Source: Corallochytrium limacisporum Hawaii (Eukaryota; Protista; Pluriformea). Taken from it: DNA of 64,000 nucleotides. Made by a program: the position numbers and the translations under genes. The stretch lies in NCBI GenBank assembly GCA_002811645.1, contig PDIP01000012.1, forward strand, positions 187,635-251,634. The letters are read 5' to 3'. Of the stretch, positions 22,705-34,399 are shown in pieces. The first letter of the stretch is position 1. Each line of letters opens with the position of its first letter. Below the pieces are notes generated by a model. It worked only from the letters and a program-made list of their open reading frames with translations, made no database searches and was not told the DNA's origin.

Positions 22705-23016
22705 TTAAGCGCAAGAGGCCTTCAGGTAGGCGATCAGGTCCTTGCGGTCCTTCTCCTTCTTCAGACCAGCGAACACCATCTTGGTGCCAGGAATGTACTT
22801 CTTGGGGTTCAAGAGGTACTCGAACAGGGTGTCCTCGCTCCAGACAATACCCTTGTTCAGGTTAGCAGCGGAGTAAGTGTAGCCCTCAGCCTGACCAGTC
22901 TTGCGACCGAACAGACCGTGCAAGTTGGGGCCGGTCTTGTGCTTACCGCCAGCCTCGACGTTGTGGCACTGAGAGCAGCGCTGCTTGAAGATCTTGGCTC
23001 CGTTAGCCTCAGACAT
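22705..23016 (-). CDS. CYCS: Mitochondrial cytochrome c (103 aa)
   Basis: CSQCH haem motif, [16 protein letters not shown] and [11 protein letters not shown]; ATG at 23016 in context GCAAAC-ATG. Confidence 0.99.
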   Translation of the reverse strand: MSEANGAKIFKQRCSQCHNVEAGGKHKTGPNLHGLFGRKTGQAEGYTYSAANLNKGIVWSEDTLFEYLLNPKKYIPGTKMVFAGLKKEKDRKDLIAYLKASCA

Positions 23017-26000
23017 GTTTGCTTGCTTAAGTGACTCAGCTATAAAGACTCCTCGTCTATGATGCTTACTAGCACGAGCAAGATATATGTTTCCATTGCA
23101 TGTACGATGCTTCAAACACCTTCACGTGTGGTCATCCCCAGCACCTTCGGTGTTTCCTTTTCTAAACCAAGACACTCCAAAGAGCACACAAACAGACAAG
23201 AAGGCAAGCAAAAAATCTCGTGTCACGCTCCCCGAAACGGAACCAGGCGGAGCACAAATCACACGGCACGCACTCCCACTGCACACACGCACACGCACGC
23301 TGACACACACGAACATACAGGCCTGAATAGCGGATCGCACCGCCGGAAGCTGTGTCTACCCCACTTCTGCCTCTCCACCCACCATTTCCCTTTTTTTTTT
23401 TGCCCCTTTCCTTTTTTTTCTCGTTTTCGGTTGGGCGGAGCTTTCCTTGTGGGGTCGCGGTCCAGCGGTGAGGAGGGAGGGGGTATCGCCACCCAAGGAC
23501 ATGCCACTGCTTCTCTCGAAAATAGAATCATGTGCGATCCTCTTGGCAATGGCAAAATGGGGACAAGAATTGGAGAACTGGCGAGCAGGGGCACGATGTC
23601 GTTGCCAAACATTCTCCATCCTTTGGGCAACCAAACACTGTAGGTATGTGTGTGTGTGTGTTTGAACACTGTTTCAGATGGACGACCCGTCGCAATTGTC
23701 GCCGAGCTGTTCCCATCGTCAGTGGCACCTGAGAAAATGTTTCCCACCGGTGGACCAAGCCATCGGAAGCAGCAGGACCCGAGGGAGGGGGGGCGGTGGA
23801 GAAAGCTGATTGCGACCAACCAACCCAGGTTTGGTTCAAACCCCCCCCCCCCCTCCCCTCCCCCAAGGTCATGATGACCACTACCCCTCCCTTTGCCCTC
23901 CCTCCCGCCTTCTTCTTCTTTTTTTTTTCTTTCTTGTCATTTTTCCTCTTTTTCCCGGTTGGGGGAGTGCGAATGGAGATAAACTTTTGACCTGCGCTCC
24001 CCATCCTCAACAATCGTAGATCAAGGTCCAGGCCTATAAGGAAAAAAGGCCTGCCAGTGGTTTTGAAAAATTCTCGGTCGGGATGTGCCAGTTCTTTAAT
24101 TGTGTACTACGGAAATTTTTTGTTTGTTACCCCCCCTGTGCCCGAAATAGCGGAGGACTGCCGGAAACATTTCCGTTCTCTCTCTTGTTTTTTCTTCTTC
24201 TTCCTTTCAATATTACCCAAATGCCCTTCGTAGGGCACGGGAACATTTTCAACGACAAAAAGTGCAGAGTGGGTGGCCGGTCTCGTGTAGACGGGATCTC
24301 CGTTTTCTCAAATTTTGTTTTTTTTCCTTATCCCTCTGTCCTTCGGTCCCCATTTTTTGTTTATGTGCGGTTGTGATGGTGAAACTACTGAGTTTCCAAT
24401 TCTTAGTTGCTGAGGGCGGGTGAAAGCTCGGCCAAAGAATTTTTGCAGCACACCCCGTGTGCTTGGCTTGAGCCTGCGCGCCACACCGCTCGGCATTTGG
24501 CCGATGGTGAACGGTTTCCCTACCTTTCGGTTACCACCGCACCAAAAACGGCAGAGAGATCAGTACGGGCAGCGGCACTACCACACCAAAGAAAAATATA
24601 ATCAAACGAGTGTTTCCTTGCCCCCCCCCCTCCTTCCCCCCAACACCCCTTGCTGAACCCCAATCACACCGGTCCCGATGGAAAATAAATATACGGTTAG
24701 TCTGTAATAAACTAATGACTATTTTATAGAAATAAAATATGTACAAAACATAAATATTGTATACGGTAAGTTGAATATTCCGCGGTGTGCGGGGCCACGC
24801 GTTTTTTTCCAGGATTGGCCCCCCCCGGGGGGGGGGTGGAACGGAGGAGGGGAAGAAAATTTCAGTCCCCTCCCCTCTTATTTTCTCCTCCTTTTATACC
24901 TCTCCTTTTCCTGATCTACTTTTTTTTTTTGTTTTCGTCTGGTTTTCACACACCTCCGGTTTACAATGCCAATTCGCGGACACGCCTTAGAATGCAGTCA
25001 GACTTCACAGCCGTGATCTTCACTGGTGCGCCATGTGCGGGCCCAGCTGCCGGTGCTCCGAGGTACACCAGTCGTCTGGAGCGGCGTAATTCGCAGGAGG
25101 TCGCGGGGTTGGCGGATTCATTCACAGAGACACACCGGAACCCAGGCCACGCGTGTCTGACAAAAAGTACACCGCCCCATCTGCAATCGATGGTGATAGC
25201 CGTAAAATACGTTTGGTATATGTATGCTGTATGTACTCTTCGTGGAGAAGCCGTGATTGAAAGTCACATGTAGTGGGTGCTTTCTGTCATACGTATGCCG
25301 GACTCATTGCAACAATTTTGAAGCACGACACGCTGAAAGCGGCTAATGTTACGTCCATCTCTTGTGATTCGATGACCATTGTCCGGGATAGGTGTATGTT
25401 GATGTGTAACGGTGGAGACCAAAGCAGTTATCATGGGAGACAATGACCATCAGCAAGGTAGTGCAGCATGTGACTGTAATTTCAGTATGATCCCAGGATC
25501 ATTGTTCTTGGCGGGATAAAAATTTGACCTACGGTGTTGTTGGGGCGCGCCCATTCATGTGTATGGGAGCGGATTGCCAATCCTGGTGGCCCTTTCGGTG
25601 GGTCTATGGTGTTTGGTCAACCGGCCTCCCTTGTCATTGAACACCATGCAGACATAATGCTAAAACCTTGCTCTCCGATTGCTCCGTCTCACACTGAAAG
25701 TCTGAGCTATACCATGGCAAAGGGGCGGACGCAACCCGGACTAAAGTACTCTCAAAGAAGCAATGGTGCACTGGCATTGAAATGAATCATAAATCTACAG
25801 CGATGCTCACTGAAAATGCATATGAACCCAAATCAAATCATGACACTTTTTCTGTGATGTCTCAGTATGGAACAGCATCTGTTCCAACTCGGTTTGATTG
25901 CCACTGCCATTCGCCACCTCAGAGAAAACCAAACGGGCCACGGAGTGTCGAGGGGGGGGCCTTGCATGGCACCACGGTCCGCACGGACTTGTGACGTTCG

Positions 26001-26109
26001 AGCCACTTGCAGTTTGCAGGGTACTTATAGCCTAGATTTAAGAACTGGAGATGGTCTGCACAGTATCTATACTTGCTGGTAGACAGATAGAATTGAACAT
26101 AAAGGAAAC

Positions 26110-27201
26110 ATGACCGCAAACGGTGGCACAAGTGGTGCCACAAACGGGGAGGAGATCCTGCCGGGTCTGCTGGGTAGCTTTCACAACACACCGTTGATGG
26201 AGATCCCATCCCTATCAGAGTACTTTGGAGCGAGGATCGCTGGCAAGGCTGAGTTCTTGAGCCCTGGTGGTAGCATTAAGGATCGACCGGCCTTGAGCAT
26301 GGTCCTCGGCGCCGCAAAGGACGGCAAATTGAAACCTGGAGACACTGTAGTGGAGGGAACCGGCGGCAACACAGGCCTCGGTCTTGCCCTTGTAGCCAAC
26401 GCCTTGGGCTACAAGTGCGTGGTCGTCCAGAACGAGGATATTAGTATCGACAAGCGGAACACGGTACTTGCGTTTGGTGCCGAAGTAATACTCACCAAGG
26501 CCTGTGCATTCAGCGATCCCGGCCACTACTGGCAGACTGCGAAACGATACGCGGAGGAACACGAAGGTGCTGTGTTCGTGAACCAGTTCGAGAACCTCTA
26601 CAACAGCCAGGCCCACTATGAGCATACGGGCCCGGAGATTTGGCGACAAACGAATGGAAAGGTGGACGGCTTCTGTTGTGCCGCTGGCACTGGTGGTACC
26701 ATTGCGGGCGTGAGCAGGGCGCTGAAGGAGAAAAGCAATGGCGAGGTCGCGTGCTATTTGATCGACGCACCCAAATCCTCACTATTTGCGTACGTCTCTG
26801 ATCCGAAACACGAGGACATGACTGAATCCGAAGGCTTTACGGCTGGACTTGAGGGTGTGGGCATCGGACGGATCACGGCGAACTTTAAGACCGCGAAGGT
26901 TGATGGTGCCTTCCAGGGCGACGGACTGCAAGCAATTAAAATGGCATGGTACCTGCTACGCAAGGAAGGCATATTCGTCGGTCCCAGTGCTGCCATGAAT
27001 GTCATCGGGGCATGCAGATTGGCAGAGAAGCTGAAGAAGGAGGGCAAGGCCGAGGTGCCCTTGGTTACCACCGTGCTCTGTGACGGAGGCAATCGTTATG
27101 CCAACTCCGTTTTCGACGACGAATGGCTGAAGGAGAAGGGCCTCCTGGATCAGGTCAAGAATTGTACCTTAGACGAAATCTTCAACAATCACAGCAATTG
27201 A
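26110..27201 (+). CDS. Cysteine synthase (O-acetylserine thiol-lyase family, PLP)
   Basis: PGGSIKDR (PLP Lys), EGTGGNTG, NQFEN, TGPEIW, GTGGT, EGVG and LCDGGNRY; no haem or CBS regulatory domains. Confidence 0.93.
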   Translation: MTANGGTSGATNGEEILPGLLGSFHNTPLMEIPSLSEYFGARIAGKAEFLSPGGSIKDRPALSMVLGAAKDGKLKPGDTVVEGTGGNTGLGLALVANALGYKCVVVQNEDISIDKRNTVLAFGAEVILTKACAFSDPGHYWQTAKRYAEEHEGAVFVNQFENLYNSQAHYEHTGPEIWRQTNGKVDGFCCAAGTGGTIAGVSRALKEKSNGEVACYLIDAPKSSLFAYVSDPKHEDMTESEGFTAGLEGVGIGRITANFKTAKVDGAFQGDGLQAIKMAWYLLRKEGIFVGPSAAMNVIGACRLAEKLKKEGKAEVPLVTTVLCDGGNRYANSVFDDEWLKEKGLLDQVKNCTLDEIFNNHSN

Positions 27202-27369
27202 ACACTTGAACGAGGGGATGGTCTGTTAGTTAGTGTTGTTATTGAGATAGTAAAATGTGTCCAATGTTAGTTTTCGGAACTTGGTGCAGGAGTTGATATT
27301 TTGTGTCTGTCAATTATCTATCATAGTTTGATAGTGGTTCTTGTGGTGTGTGATCGTTGCAGCTGTCAC

Positions 27370-30300
27370 TTAGAACAGGCCGATTACACGGCCGTTCTCA
27401 TCCAGGTCCACGTCGTAGAAGCACGGGCGAGTCGGCAGACCGGGCATAGTGCGCATGGTACCGACTAGAGGGTACAGGAACCCAGCACCGATTGAGCCCT
27501 TGACTTCCCGGATTGGCACAGTGAAGCCCGTAGGGCGGCCCTTAGCATTGGGATCGGCGGACAGTGACAAGTGAGTCTTTGCCATGCAGATGGGCAGATT
27601 GCCAAAGCCCATGCGCTCGTAGCGTTCAATATCCTTTTGCGCCTTCTCTTCCAGCACAATGTCATCGGCACCGTAGACCTTCTGTGCAATAGTGCGGATC
27701 TTGTCAGTGACGCTCATGTTGACGTCGTAAAGGAACTTAAAATCGGCCGGGTTAGAGCTGTCACAAGCCTTGATCACAGCTTCAGCGAGATCCACCGCAC
27801 CTTTGCCTCCGTGGGCCCAGTGATTGGACACGACAGCGTCAGTAGCACCGGCCTGCAGAGACAGTTCACGAACAGCGTCCATTTCCGCCTGAGTGTCGGT
27901 GGCGAATTGATTGATGGCCACCACACAGGGGACGCCAAACATGCGCACGTTCTCGATCTGCTTCTCAAGGTTGGCAAAACCCTTGCGGACAAGGTCGACG
28001 TTCTCGTTCAGGTACTCATCCGCGAGCGGTTTGCCGGCGGTCACTGCGGGGCCACCACCGTGCATCTTCAAGGCGCGCACTGTGGCTACCAGAACCACAC
28101 AGTTGGGCACAAGGCCGGAGTAGCGGCACTTGATATTCATAAATTTCTCCATGCCAATATCGGCTCCAAACCCGGCCTCGGTGACTACGAAACCGTCCTT
28201 GCCGACTAGCTTGAGGGCGACCTTGTCGGCAACAATGGACGAGTTGCCGTGAGCGATGTTAGCGAACGGGCCTGCATGGACCAGGACAGGCGTGCCCTCA
28301 AGGGTCTGCATGAGATTTGGTTGGATAGCGTCCTTCATGAGCACGGTCAGAGCGCCGGTCACGCCGAGGTCATCGCATGTCACAGGGGTACCGTCCCGGC
28401 TGGATGCAACCACCATCTTGCTGAAGCGCTGCTTCATATCCTCCCGGTCTTGGGCAAGAGCAAGGACAGCCATGATCTCCGAAGCGACGGTGATGTCAAA
28501 CTGGGTTTCGCGCGTGATGCCTTTCTCGTCAGGGCCCTGACCGATGGTGATTTTGCGCAGGTACCGGTCGTTGGTGTCGAGTACCCGGTTCCATGTGATA
28601 GTTTCTGGGTCAATGTCGAGGCGGGCAAAGCGGCGGATTTCCTCCTCCGTGAGGTCGTCCGGATGTTCCTTGGTAATGCCGAGGCGCTGCAGACGACGCT
28701 GCATGATGGGTGCAAAGGAGCGGATGCCCTTCTTCGCCGGCACGAGACGTTTGTACAAAGCGTCGTCCTTCTGGGTAGTTTCATGGAAGTTGCGGGCATC
28801 GATGGCGGCAGCCAGCAGGTTGTTGGCCGCAGTGATGGCGTGGATGTCACCGGTCAGATGAAGATTAAATTCATCCATGGGAATGACTTGAGCGTAGCCA
28901 CCGCCGGCGGCTCCGCCCTTGATACCAAAGGTCGGGCCCTGGGAAGGCTGGCGAACACAGGCGAACGTATTGCGATTTACGTGGGCACCCAGTGCCTGGG
29001 CCAGGCCGGCCGTAGTGGTGCTCTTGCCCTCTCCCAATGGGGTGGGATTAATGCCAGCGACACAGACGTACCTACCATTCGGGCGGTTGGCCAGACGGTC
29101 AAGGATGGAAAGGTTGATCTTGGCCTTGTACTTGCCGTACAGTTCCAGCTCGGATGGAAGGATGCCAATTTCCTTGGCCAGCTGCTCGGCGTACTTCGGG
29201 GTCTGGGCCATTGCGACCTCAATGTCCGAGGGGACAGTGGGCAGGGGGTTCAGGCGCAGGGGGCGCAGCTGCCAAGGTCCGTACTGCAGTTCCATGGATT
29301 GCTTAGCAGCCTCCAGTGTATTGTCCATTAGCATGGCCACGGTCATCGGGCCCACACCACCAGGGACGGGGGTGATGGCACCAGCCACCTTGGCACATTC
29401 GGCGTAATCGACATCACCGACTAGACGTTTGCCGGACTTTTTGGTGGGATCGTCAATGGCGTTGATGCCGACATCAATAACAATACATCCTGGCTTCAAC
29501 CAGTCCCCCTTGACCATCTGCGCGCGTCCCACAGCAGCCACAAGAATGTCAGCTGTCTTACACACTTCGGCCAGATTTCTGGTCCGACTGTGGCACACCG
29601 TGACAGTGGCGTTGTTCTGAATTAGCAGATTCTGCATAGGCATGCCGACAATGGTGGAGCGACCGAGCACCACAGCGTTGGCGCCACTAATCTCGACGCC
29701 AGAACGGAGGATGAGTTCAAGACAACCCTTCGGAGTACAGGGGACGAAGGCACGGCGCTGACCCTTCTGAGCCTTGCGGGTCAGCTGGCCAACGTTAATG
29801 GAATGGAAACCGTCGACGTCTTTGGCCGGATCAACTGCGTCCGTAATGGCAGACTCGGAGATGTGCCCGGGCAAAGGCAGTTGGACAATGATACCATGGA
29901 TGCGAGTGTCGTTGTTTAGTTTGTGCAGAAGGTTCAGCAGCTCTCCCTCCGTGATTTCCTCCGGATGGTGCTCGTGCACGAAGTGGAAACCTACTTCTGC
30001 GGCGGCCTTAGCCTTCATCTTGATGTAGGAGGTGGAATCGGGGCGACCACCAACCTGGACGACGCACAGACCTGGGACAATGCCATATTGCTCCTTGAAG
30101 CAGTGCACATCTCGGGCCACGCGTGCGCGCACATCTCCCGAAATCTCTTTACCACTCAACACCTGTGCCATTGTTCTATCGTTGTTGTAGTACCGTGGGG
30201 GTATCCAGAATTCACGCAAACGAGAGGTGCTGCTGAAGAATTTAGGTTGAGAAACCGTTACTTGACTGGTACCAACTCCTGGAAGTGGATAGTTCAATCG

Positions 30301-30405
30301 GTTCAGTCCGATACACGACGATACGCTATTGCTACTATGCCGTGAAGCTTTACTAGTCAGCTGTCGGCTCAAAGATTGAAGAAAGCGCAAGCTACACACC
30401 TGCAT
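27370..30405 (-). CDS. MTHFD1: Trifunctional C1-tetrahydrofolate synthase with N-terminal extension (second start at 30171)
   Basis: YIKMK (YxxxK), KDVDGFH, PCTPKGC and [11 protein letters not shown], then synthetase motifs [36 protein letters not shown] and TMPGLP. Confidence 0.97.
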   Translation of the reverse strand: MQVCSLRFLQSLSRQLTSKASRHSSNSVSSCIGLNRLNYPLPGVGTSQVTVSQPKFFSSTSRLREFWIPPRYYNNDRTMAQVLSGKEISGDVRARVARDVHCFKEQYGIVPGLCVVQVGGRPDSTSYIKMKAKAAAEVGFHFVHEHHPEEITEGELLNLLHKLNNDTRIHGIIVQLPLPGHISESAITDAVDPAKDVDGFHSINVGQLTRKAQKGQRRAFVPCTPKGCLELILRSGVEISGANAVVLGRSTIVGMPMQNLLIQNNATVTVCHSRTRNLAEVCKTADILVAAVGRAQMVKGDWLKPGCIVIDVGINAIDDPTKKSGKRLVGDVDYAECAKVAGAITPVPGGVGPMTVAMLMDNTLEAAKQSMELQYGPWQLRPLRLNPLPTVPSDIEVAMAQTPKYAEQLAKEIGILPSELELYGKYKAKINLSILDRLANRPNGRYVCVAGINPTPLGEGKSTTTAGLAQALGAHVNRNTFACVRQPSQGPTFGIKGGAAGGGYAQVIPMDEFNLHLTGDIHAITAANNLLAAAIDARNFHETTQKDDALYKRLVPAKKGIRSFAPIMQRRLQRLGITKEHPDDLTEEEIRRFARLDIDPETITWNRVLDTNDRYLRKITIGQGPDEKGITRETQFDITVASEIMAVLALAQDREDMKQRFSKMVVASSRDGTPVTCDDLGVTGALTVLMKDAIQPNLMQTLEGTPVLVHAGPFANIAHGNSSIVADKVALKLVGKDGFVVTEAGFGADIGMEKFMNIKCRYSGLVPNCVVLVATVRALKMHGGGPAVTAGKPLADEYLNENVDLVRKGFANLEKQIENVRMFGVPCVVAINQFATDTQAEMDAVRELSLQAGATDAVVSNHWAHGGKGAVDLAEAVIKACDSSNPADFKFLYDVNMSVTDKIRTIAQKVYGADDIVLEEKAQKDIERYERMGFGNLPICMAKTHLSLSADPNAKGRPTGFTVPIREVKGSIGAGFLYPLVGTMRTMPGLPTRPCFYDVDLDENGRVIGLF

Positions 30406-30425
30406 CAACCAATCCGGAGAGCCTC

Positions 30426-30512
30426 CTGTGAGTTGGTTACTCAGACATGAAGCAGATAATACTATCGCACGAGAATTGTTCACCCATTGATCTAGTCCGG
30501 GTCTACACATAC
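30426..30512 (-). other. Candidate 5'-UTR intron of C1-THF synthase (87 nt; alternative acceptor at 30176)
   Basis: AAG|GTATGT at 30512 and ...CTGAGTAACCAACTCACAG ending 30426. Confidence 0.55.
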
Positions 30513-31297
30513 CTTCACAACCGATCTCACATATACAACAACCCTATAATCGCACTACCCCGTTTCTCGGTCCTCGTCACAATAGGAGATCATGTTCTAC
30601 GCCGTACAGCTCGTCCGTGACCCACTTTAGCACACCACCGCTACACCAAGACAGGTTGCCTTTGTTGACCCTTTTCTTCATCTCATTGCGGGATAAATCC
30701 CGCACGCAAGGAGCACTCATGGCGGCAAAAAGACCAGCAGTGGACACCCTACGTGGAATGGCGGGACCGCATATTCACTCACAAAAATACACAGACCCAC
30801 ACGCATGCGTGTAACACGAGACGCAGCACATTGAGAGAAAGGCAAAACCAGTTCGAAACACAACAAATATCACTGCCAACACACGATCCCATTAACATTT
30901 ACTTAAATGGGGAGCGCAGGTGGTGCAGCAGCCACGTCTGTTTACCTCCGTTGAAACCCTTTTCGTTTTCCCAGCTGGCCGCGCACTGACACAGTTTTGC
31001 CTGTTGCTTGCTACCATTGCATCTGTCCCTTCTGCCCGGCCCCTCCCAGTTTCAGCTCCTTAGCTGGCGGGAAGGGGTGGGCACATCGTGTGGCTGTTTC
31101 TTTGCATCGTGTTTTTGCTAGCAGATGGACAACACCGATCATCAATTTGAACATTCAGTATATCATAAATATTAATGTATAATATAATTACTGGTAGTAT
31201 TTTTATATTTCAAAACATTAGTATAGTAAATTCGAAGGGAAAAAAAAAACTCGCCTTTGCGGATTTGTGACTGCCCTCTGCCGTTGTGGGCCCGTCC

Positions 31298-32488
31298 TTA
31301 GTTGGTACCAGCAGGATCACGCGCGTGCTCTATCATCCATTGTATCGAATCACGAAGATGAATGGCAGACTGGGGTATTGTCGGATTGTTGACATAGCCG
31401 TGAGCTTCAGATGGGTACATTTTTGCCTTGGTCGTGACCCCGAGCTCGGCCTGGTGCGCAGCGTAGTGCATGGCGCGGTCTTTGAAGAGATCCATTTCTC
31501 CGTGGGTGCTAATGGTCGGCGGAAACTGTGCAATGATCGCGTCGTCCACGGTGCGTGGGTCCAAGTATTTTGCTGTAAAATTGATGCCATGACCCTTTGC
31601 TTGAGGATAGAATTGGGCGATAATCCAAGCGCTGTATTTCTCCCGCAGAATGACGGTCCGGTTGCCCCATTCATCCTCGCTCTTCAATCGATTGGCACCG
31701 AAGAAGAAAGCGTATTGCAACCACATGCCCCGCACCTTGATGATATCCTGTAGCTGCCGCTCATAAGTCATGGCCATCACAGCATTAATCATGACCCCTC
31801 CTGCGCTCTGTCCGCTTAAATAGATGCCCCGGTTTTGATGATCTGCTCCGAAGCGCTGCAATTCGCGCACGATATCCTTGCCCTCAAATATCCAGCGTGT
31901 TGTCGCAAGACCGTCCTCCAAGGCGGCTGGGTATTTGTGCTCAGGAGCTGTTCGATAGTCCATGGACACTACGAGCATATCAAATTCTTTAGCCATTCTT
32001 CGGCAGAGACCATCGTAAATCCCAGTGGCCCTGGAGAAGTGAATGAAGCCACCACCATGGAAGAAGAGAAGCACGTCCCGGCGTGTAGCGGAGCCTGCGC
32101 TAACGCCCCCCTCGCCGACCTCGGTTAGGGCCTTTGGAGGAATGAAAAGGCGGGCCTTGTTGCCGTTCACACCTGTGTCAAAGTCTCTGGAAGCGACGCC
32201 GTCCGGAGATAGAGCAACTAGGGAAAGATCGGGGTCAATCATGACCGCGGGTGTCTCGGGAAGCTCCGGCGGATCGAGCCAGCGGCTGTATGGCCCAGGT
32301 GCCCAAAAATATGCATTGCTGAGGAAGAGTTTGAGTGGGAAAGTAAACGTCTCGGTCACGCGCATGGGCCATGAGATGCGTGGGTCGAACGCTTGCTTCA
32401 TGTACGCCACCACTGCGATCCCGGTGAATCCAGCAAACGTAGCCACTGCCCCCACTGGGACGGTCTTCAGTACTGATAGACCAGCCAT
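31298..32488 (-). CDS. Alpha/beta hydrolase, HSL/CXE/AADAC-like esterase with N-terminal membrane anchor
   Basis: HGGGF oxyanion motif, DYRTAPEHKYPAALED, nucleophile GQSAGG, catalytic Asp in GEMDLF and His in EAHGY. ATG at 32488. Confidence 0.9.
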   Translation of the reverse strand: MAGLSVLKTVPVGAVATFAGFTGIAVVAYMKQAFDPRISWPMRVTETFTFPLKLFLSNAYFWAPGPYSRWLDPPELPETPAVMIDPDLSLVALSPDGVASRDFDTGVNGNKARLFIPPKALTEVGEGGVSAGSATRRDVLLFFHGGGFIHFSRATGIYDGLCRRMAKEFDMLVVSMDYRTAPEHKYPAALEDGLATTRWIFEGKDIVRELQRFGADHQNRGIYLSGQSAGGVMINAVMAMTYERQLQDIIKVRGMWLQYAFFFGANRLKSEDEWGNRTVILREKYSAWIIAQFYPQAKGHGINFTAKYLDPRTVDDAIIAQFPPTISTHGEMDLFKDRAMHYAAHQAELGVTTKAKMYPSEAHGYVNNPTIPQSAIHLRDSIQWMIEHARDPAGTN

Positions 32489-34399
32489 TGGTTTCTTTTG
32501 TTCTTTAGTTTTATCACACAATTAATGCATGACACTTGCACATCTGATTACCCTGCTCTGTTGAAATATCCGTCTAGTGCTTCGAAGCACACAGTGTTAT
32601 GTAAAGGAAGCAGCATCAAGGGACAACAGTGGCAGGGAATCCATGATCCTCCCACTCACATTCCTGCGCTGCAGTAGATTCACTACTGGTCCCAACGCCC
32701 CTGCCAGTCCTAACTCCTCGCCGCCAAACCAGTGGCATGAGTACTGAAACAAGGGGGATGCCATTTGGTAGCCCGCCTATTGAAAACACCATTCCGTTTG
32801 TAAACGCAAGCCTCTTCTGCTGCGCCTGCCTAAAGTGGCAATCACTGGACTCGTCTTTGGCAACTGTGCTCCCCTGTGGTTCTTTCAGTACCAAACTCTG
32901 GACGGCTCCGGGGCAGGGTCGGTTGAGATAATATATACGGACTATATTAAAATCCTTGCTTGTCGCTAGCTAGCGATGGCCCCTGATTGGCTGCAGCCAG
33001 GAGACCAAAGCAGCGAGTGAGAAGAGAAGGAAGTTCGGTAGTGAATGTACTGAGTAGCCGGGGCATCGCCCCGATTGACACCGAACCTCACAACGATCCG
33101 CGGAGGAAACTGTCCCCTGCCTGTTGGCTTTTTTGTTCCGCCTGGCTTTTGAAATCTGTGGTACATTCATTATAGAACTGAATCGTCACCGTGAGGAGGA
33201 GACGTAGAGGAAAGGCAACGAACTGGGGACCAGAGGGATCCACAGTGAGACAATCGCTCTGCCCAATGAAATCACAGCGACAGGAACAGCTAATGGCAAC
33301 AAGAATTAAGTGGAAATTGTAAAATCCGTCCGGAGCCGACGAGATTTTTTGCCATACACTCATTATTGTGACGTGTTCCCGTACCAGTTTTAACGCCACC
33401 GGGGAGGAGTGGGGGGAGAGAGGAGAGCGATGTGGGAGAGAAGATGGAGTGGGGTGGCAACGGCCCTCCCCTACCCCCCGGGACCTGCCGTCCTCCCCGG
33501 GCGAAGAGGGGGTTGGGGTGAGGCCGGGTAGTATCCCGATCGGACCGTGCGCGGGTTCCCAGTCCGCCTGTCGGTGGTACAAACAGAACCGGAGCCTGCG
33601 GGACGGCAACGCGGCGACGGGGGGGAAGGCGGCACCTCCTCCGCAAATCGCTAGGGAAGAAAAAAGAGCAAGCGCAAACCAAAGAGAAAAAATTAAGAGG
33701 GGGTAGCTGGGAGGAAGCGTGAAAAAGTGGTGAGAGTATAGGTGGTGGTGGTGGTGGTAGGGAGGGAGGGGGAGCCTGCCGAGTTGTACACCCCGAGGGA
33801 CTGGCCCACTTTTTTTCTTTTTGGCAGTTCCTCAATAAACGGGGTGCGTTGCAGTCTGGTTGGTTACAGTTTGACCATTGCTGACTCGTATCAGCCTGTG
33901 TGGGTTCTCTGGTAGCACTGCGTGTGTTCTTGCTCCTTAATTTCACATTCTTGTATTTTGCTTTTGTTTTTTTGTTCCTTTTGGCACTTGTTATGCTTGT
34001 TTGGCGATGATAGACGATATAGTTCGGTAAGTTCGAGGTGGTTCCATTGCTTCGTAACTAAGACTGTATGGAGCAACCAGCTAGGAGGTAGATCAAGTAC
34101 AAAAGAACCAGAGCATGAGTATTTTCGTAGAAGCTTCATCTCCAAGGATATGTGGACAGTAAGGAAATAAGACTGTCTATCCAATAGAAATACTGAAGGC
34201 GGTTGAGGTCCTTTAGGATCTGTGAAGAGACGGCACCGGGTCATTGGGTAGCCTGAGAAAGTCGCAGACGTTGCAAGAAAAACTTGACGACCACCCGTCA
34301 AAGGGCAGAACATTCGCCAATGTGAAGATTGAAAATTGTGAGAGTTTACAGATCTATTGCAGGCAATAGAACTCGGAGACAGAAACGAAAACCAAGAAA

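Noticed and set aside
28249-29407. Long antisense ORFs over C1-THF synthase, HMBS, ACADM, GNL3, the RhoGEF and ELP1
   Set aside because: Shadows of codon-biased sense genes.
26110-30405. Metabolic cluster of cysteine synthase and C1-THF synthase (or HMBS and cytochrome c)
   Set aside because: Convergent or distant housekeeping genes; adjacency is explicable by chance.
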